Assembly (NCBI GenBank): GCA_965237415.1
Contig: CBDEFM010000002.1
Coordinates: forward strand, 64,001-128,000
Length of the DNA: 64,000 bases
Source: Alphaproteobacteria bacterium
GTDB taxonomy: Bacteria; Pseudomonadota; Alphaproteobacteria; UBA828
Direction of reading: 5' to 3'
Shown here: in pieces, positions 60,807 to 64,000 of the stretch
Layout of the letters: each line of letters opens with the position of its first letter
How positions within the stretch are numbered: the stretch's first letter is position 1
Notes under the pieces: model-generated
Databases searched by the model: none
Told to the model about the DNA's origin: nothing
What the model saw: the letters and a program-made list of their open reading frames with translations, nothing else
Translations under genes and position numbers: made by a program

Positions 60807-61964
60807 ATGCGCGCCGATCTCGACACCCTTTTGCCCGCCCTTCGCGCGCGGCGGGAAGAGACCCGCGGGAACCGCACCGTCCTGCCCGATATTCGCGAGA
60901 TGGTCCGGGAGTCAGGCGTTGCACGCATCCTGCAGCCGCCGGCCTACGGCGGCGCTGGCGGGCCTTTGCGCGACGTCGTCGATGCGGTCTCCGAAGTCGG
61001 TGCCGCCTGCGGCTCGACGGGCTGGGCGGTCGTTCAATATGTCGTTCACCCCTTCATGGTCGCCCAGTGGCCGCGTGACGCTCAGGATGAGGTCTGGGGC
61101 GACGATCCCGAGAACCTGGTCGCCGGCATCCTGATCCAGAGCCTGGGCCGCTACGAGCGCGCCCGTGGCGGCTACCGGGTGAACGGGCGTTGGCCCTTCG
61201 TCACCGGCGTGGACACCTGCGACTGGTGCATCGTCTCCGGCTACGAGGAGGGCAGGGCAGGGCAGCACGAGAGCCACCTGCACTTCCTAATTAGGCGTGA
61301 GGAGATCGAGATCCTGGATACCTGGCACGCGCTGGGACTGCGCGGCAGCGGCACCAACGACGTCCGGCTCCAGGAGTTCTTCGTGCCCGCTCACCGGGCG
61401 CTCTCGATGGAAGTACTGCGCGGCGGCGAATCGCCCGGCGGCCACTGGCGGGAGACGCCGCTCTACCTGCTTCCGAGCTATCCCATCTTCGGCTGCGGCA
61501 TTTCCAGCGGCGCGGTCGGGATCGCGCTGGAGATGGTCGCGGAATACAACGAGATCGCGCGCAAGAAAGGCTCGATCATGGCGGAGAAGGGCGTGGCGAC
61601 CTTCGCCTCGCAGCATATCCGCTTCGCCGAAGCGAAGGCCGCCGTCGATTGTGCGCGGCAGCTCCTGAGATTCGCAGGCGACGAGATCAGCGCGATCGCT
61701 CGTGAGGAGGGCCGCGTGCCGAACCTGGAGGAGCGTGCCCGCTGCCGCGCGCTTGCGACCTACGCCGGCAACACCGCCATGGATGCCGCGCGTGCCGTCT
61801 GGGACCTCTCCGGCGCTGCCAGCGTTTACAGCAAGAGCTCGCTCGGCAACCTCTACACCGACATGATGGTCGCCAACCAGCATTTCACCCAGAACAAGGA
61901 CGTGAACTACACGACCTACGGGCGAATTCTCTACGGGCTCGACATCGACAACCCGACGCTGTGA
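60807..61964 (+). CDS. Flavin-dependent monooxygenase, oxygenase component (HsaA/ACAD-like)
   Basis: ILQPPAYGG, CGSTGW, GRWPFVTG, DTWHALGLRGSG. Confidence 0.88.
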   Translation: MRADLDTLLPALRARREETRGNRTVLPDIREMVRESGVARILQPPAYGGAGGPLRDVVDAVSEVGAACGSTGWAVVQYVVHPFMVAQWPRDAQDEVWGDDPENLVAGILIQSLGRYERARGGYRVNGRWPFVTGVDTCDWCIVSGYEEGRAGQHESHLHFLIRREEIEILDTWHALGLRGSGTNDVRLQEFFVPAHRALSMEVLRGGESPGGHWRETPLYLLPSYPIFGCGISSGAVGIALEMVAEYNEIARKKGSIMAEKGVATFASQHIRFAEAKAAVDCARQLLRFAGDEISAIAREEGRVPNLEERARCRALATYAGNTAMDAARAVWDLSGAASVYSKSSLGNLYTDMMVANQHFTQNKDVNYTTYGRILYGLDIDNPTL

Positions 61965-62470
61965 CCGCGAATTGCGTGTCCGGCCCGGCGCCGGAAGCAG
62001 CGCGTTACTTCGACGATCTGAAGCCCGGCGAGCGCTTCGTCACGGGCGAATGGGCGCTCGACGAGGCGGAGATTGTCGCCTTCGCACGCAAGTTCGATCC
62101 GCAGCCGATCCACGTCGATGCTGTGCAAGCAGCCGACGGCCCCTATGGCGGCCTGATCGCCAGCGGCTTTCAAACCATGGCGCTGGGGTTCCGCCTCTTC
62201 TACGAGCTCGGCGTGATCAACGAGGCCTGCATCGGCGGGCCGGGCATCGACGCGGTGCGTTTCCACCGGCCAGCGCGGCCGGGCGATTCCATCCACGCGG
62301 TCGCGACCGTCGCCGAGACCCGCCTCTCGCGCTCCAAGCCGGACCGCGGCTATGTGCGCATCGCCTACGACGTCCGCAACCAGCGGGACGAGCCGGTGCT
62401 GAGCTACGAGATCGTTCACATCCTCATGCGCAGGCCGCAGAACACGCACGAGGCAACGCCGGCGCCTTGA
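61961..62470 (+). CDS. MaoC-like dehydratase
   Basis: FARKFDPQPIHVD, GLIASGFQT, RF..P.RPGD. Confidence 0.88.
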   Translation: MTANCVSGPAPEAARYFDDLKPGERFVTGEWALDEAEIVAFARKFDPQPIHVDAVQAADGPYGGLIASGFQTMALGFRLFYELGVINEACIGGPGIDAVRFHRPARPGDSIHAVATVAETRLSRSKPDRGYVRIAYDVRNQRDEPVLSYEIVHILMRRPQNTHEATPAP

Positions 62471-62528
62471 CTCAGGTGCGCCCCTGTGCGGCCATCGTGC
62501 GCGCGGGGAGAGAGAAGCGGAGCACGCC

Positions 62529-63437
62529 GTGACCAGCCTCTATGACGGGCCGATCGTCGACGCCCACCATCACCTCTGGGATCTCGAGTCCGGCCGCTAT
62601 TCGTGGCTCACCGACGGCCCCCGCGAGGTGGTGTTCGGCAGCACCGCGCCGCTCATCCGCGACTATCTGCTCGACGACTATCTAGCGGACATGGCCGGCA
62701 TAAATCTGGTCAAGTCGGTCCATATCCAGGCGAGTTTTCTGGAGGACGACCCGGCCGCCGAGACCCGCTGGCTGCAAGGCATCGCCGACGAGCGCGGCTT
62801 CCCCCACGGGATCGTCGCCCACGCGCGCCTGGAGGAGCCGGACGCGGAAGCGGTGCTGGAGGCCCACTGCTCGCAGGCCAACATGCGCGGTATCCGCCAG
62901 ATCCTGAGCTGGCATCGGAACCCGGCCTGGAGCTTCAACGAGCGCGCCGACCTGATGCAGGATGCGGCGTGGCGGCACGGCTTCGGCCTGCTGCGGCGGT
63001 TCGATCTCGCCTTCGACATGATGATCTATTCCGGCCAACTCGGCGACGCTTTGGACCTCGCCAGCGCCTTCCCCGACACGCAGATCATCGTCAACCACAC
63101 CGGCAGCCCTGCCGATAGGGACGATGACGCCATCGCGGCCTGGCGCTCAGGCATGAGCGCGCTCGCCGATGCCACCAACGTCGCGGTCAAGATCTCCGAC
63201 CTCGGCGCCTACGACCACAACTGGACCACGGAAAGCACGCGGCCCTTCATCCGCCACACCATCGACGCCTTCGGCACCGAGCGCTGCATGTTCGCGAGCG
63301 ACTTTCCGGTGGCCGGACTGCACGGCGGTGCCGACGCGGTCTACAACTCGTTCAAGACCATCGTCGCGGATTTCTCGGAGGCCGAGCAGCGCGCGCTCTT
63401 CCACGACAACGCCGTCCGCTTCTACCGACTGGGCTGA
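62529..63437 (+). CDS. Amidohydrolase_2 family (lactonase-like)
   Basis: DAHHHLWD, GIRQ, NHTG, VKIS, MFASDFPV. Confidence 0.88.
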   Translation: MTSLYDGPIVDAHHHLWDLESGRYSWLTDGPREVVFGSTAPLIRDYLLDDYLADMAGINLVKSVHIQASFLEDDPAAETRWLQGIADERGFPHGIVAHARLEEPDAEAVLEAHCSQANMRGIRQILSWHRNPAWSFNERADLMQDAAWRHGFGLLRRFDLAFDMMIYSGQLGDALDLASAFPDTQIIVNHTGSPADRDDDAIAAWRSGMSALADATNVAVKISDLGAYDHNWTTESTRPFIRHTIDAFGTERCMFASDFPVAGLHGGADAVYNSFKTIVADFSEAEQRALFHDNAVRFYRLG

Positions 63438-64000
63438 ACCGGGCTCCCGAGCACTTCGTCCACGAACGCGTCGAAGAGGGCGAAGACGCGCGCCCTGACG
63501 TCGTCCGTCTCCATCAGCGCCTCGTGGCGGGCGTCGGGGATCGTCTCGAGCCGGCAGTCGGGCAGCCGCGCGGCGAGCCGGGCCTGAGCGGCGTTGGAGA
63601 CGACCCTGTCGGCTGCCGCGCCGATCATGAGCACCGGCGTTCCGACCCGTTCGGGATAGTCCCGGCTGCGCAGGATCGTCACCGAGCGCCGTGTGGCGGC
63701 AAGCCAGCCCACCGTCGGCCAGCCGATGGCGAGCGCCGGGTTCTCCCGCATCAGCGTTTCCATGCGCTCGTACCGCACGCGGTCGCGAGTCAGCGGATTG
63801 CCGTCGAACGGCGGCGGGAAGGGGCCGCGCGCCGGCACGTACTGGTTCCTGAGGCCGACGCTCATGGCGGCGACGGTAAGCACCGCGCCCAAGGCCCGCT
63901 CTGCCGGGTTCATCAGGATGTCCACCATGGGGGCGGAGAGGGCGATCCCTGCGGCGAAATAGGGCGCGGCGCGGGAGTCGTGCTCGGCCCGATGACGGAG
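63422..64000 (-). CDS. Alpha/beta hydrolase (lysophospholipase-like), 5' part outside window
   Basis: LSAPM, NPLTRD..RY, A.ADRVV, ARHEALME. Confidence 0.75.
   Translation of the reverse strand, partial: LRHRAEHDSRAAPYFAAGIALSAPMVDILMNPAERALGAVLTVAAMSVGLRNQYVPARGPFPPPFDGNPLTRDRVRYERMETLMRENPALAIGWPTVGWLAATRRSVTILRSRDYPERVGTPVLMIGAAADRVVSNAAQARLAARLPDCRLETIPDARHEALMETDDVRARVFALFDAFVDEVLGSPVQPSR

Overview
High-GC window, very probably alphaproteobacterial (Rhodospirillales-like, inferred from gph-glmU-glmS, thiE-efp-suhB and GTCATGGCCGGGCTTGTCCCGGCCATC palindromes). It mixes catabolic and housekeeping genes with two dense mobile-element nests. The main result is a four-layer nest at 3514-10557. 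An IS110 element has a 5' non-coding RNA with bridge-RNA-like target and donor loops. That RNA is split by a class IIC group II intron (3642-9051) inserted just after a hairpin in the donor loop. The IIC RT gene is split right after YADD by a class D intron (4924-8394), which itself holds an IS3-type element (5277-6871, CTT duplication). The intron and IS3 junctions rejoin exactly, and both EBS1/IBS1 pairings can be read from the sequence. A second nest (34626-39384) is an IS21 with a 6-bp duplication, carrying an IS1111-group IS110 whose RNA guides match its own target and donor. This IS21 splits the last gene of a creatininase / cyclic-amide-hydrolase / allophanate-hydrolase-C-like operon. 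Also present: a hydantoinase/oxoprolinase pair, cytosine deaminase, an HEXXH surface lipoprotein, an Abi-like gene, a ribose-type ABC transporter with an FAD oxidoreductase and SnoaL-like gene, CoA transferases, two toxin-antitoxin loci and several remnants. All family calls come from motif recognition; no searches or folding programs were run.
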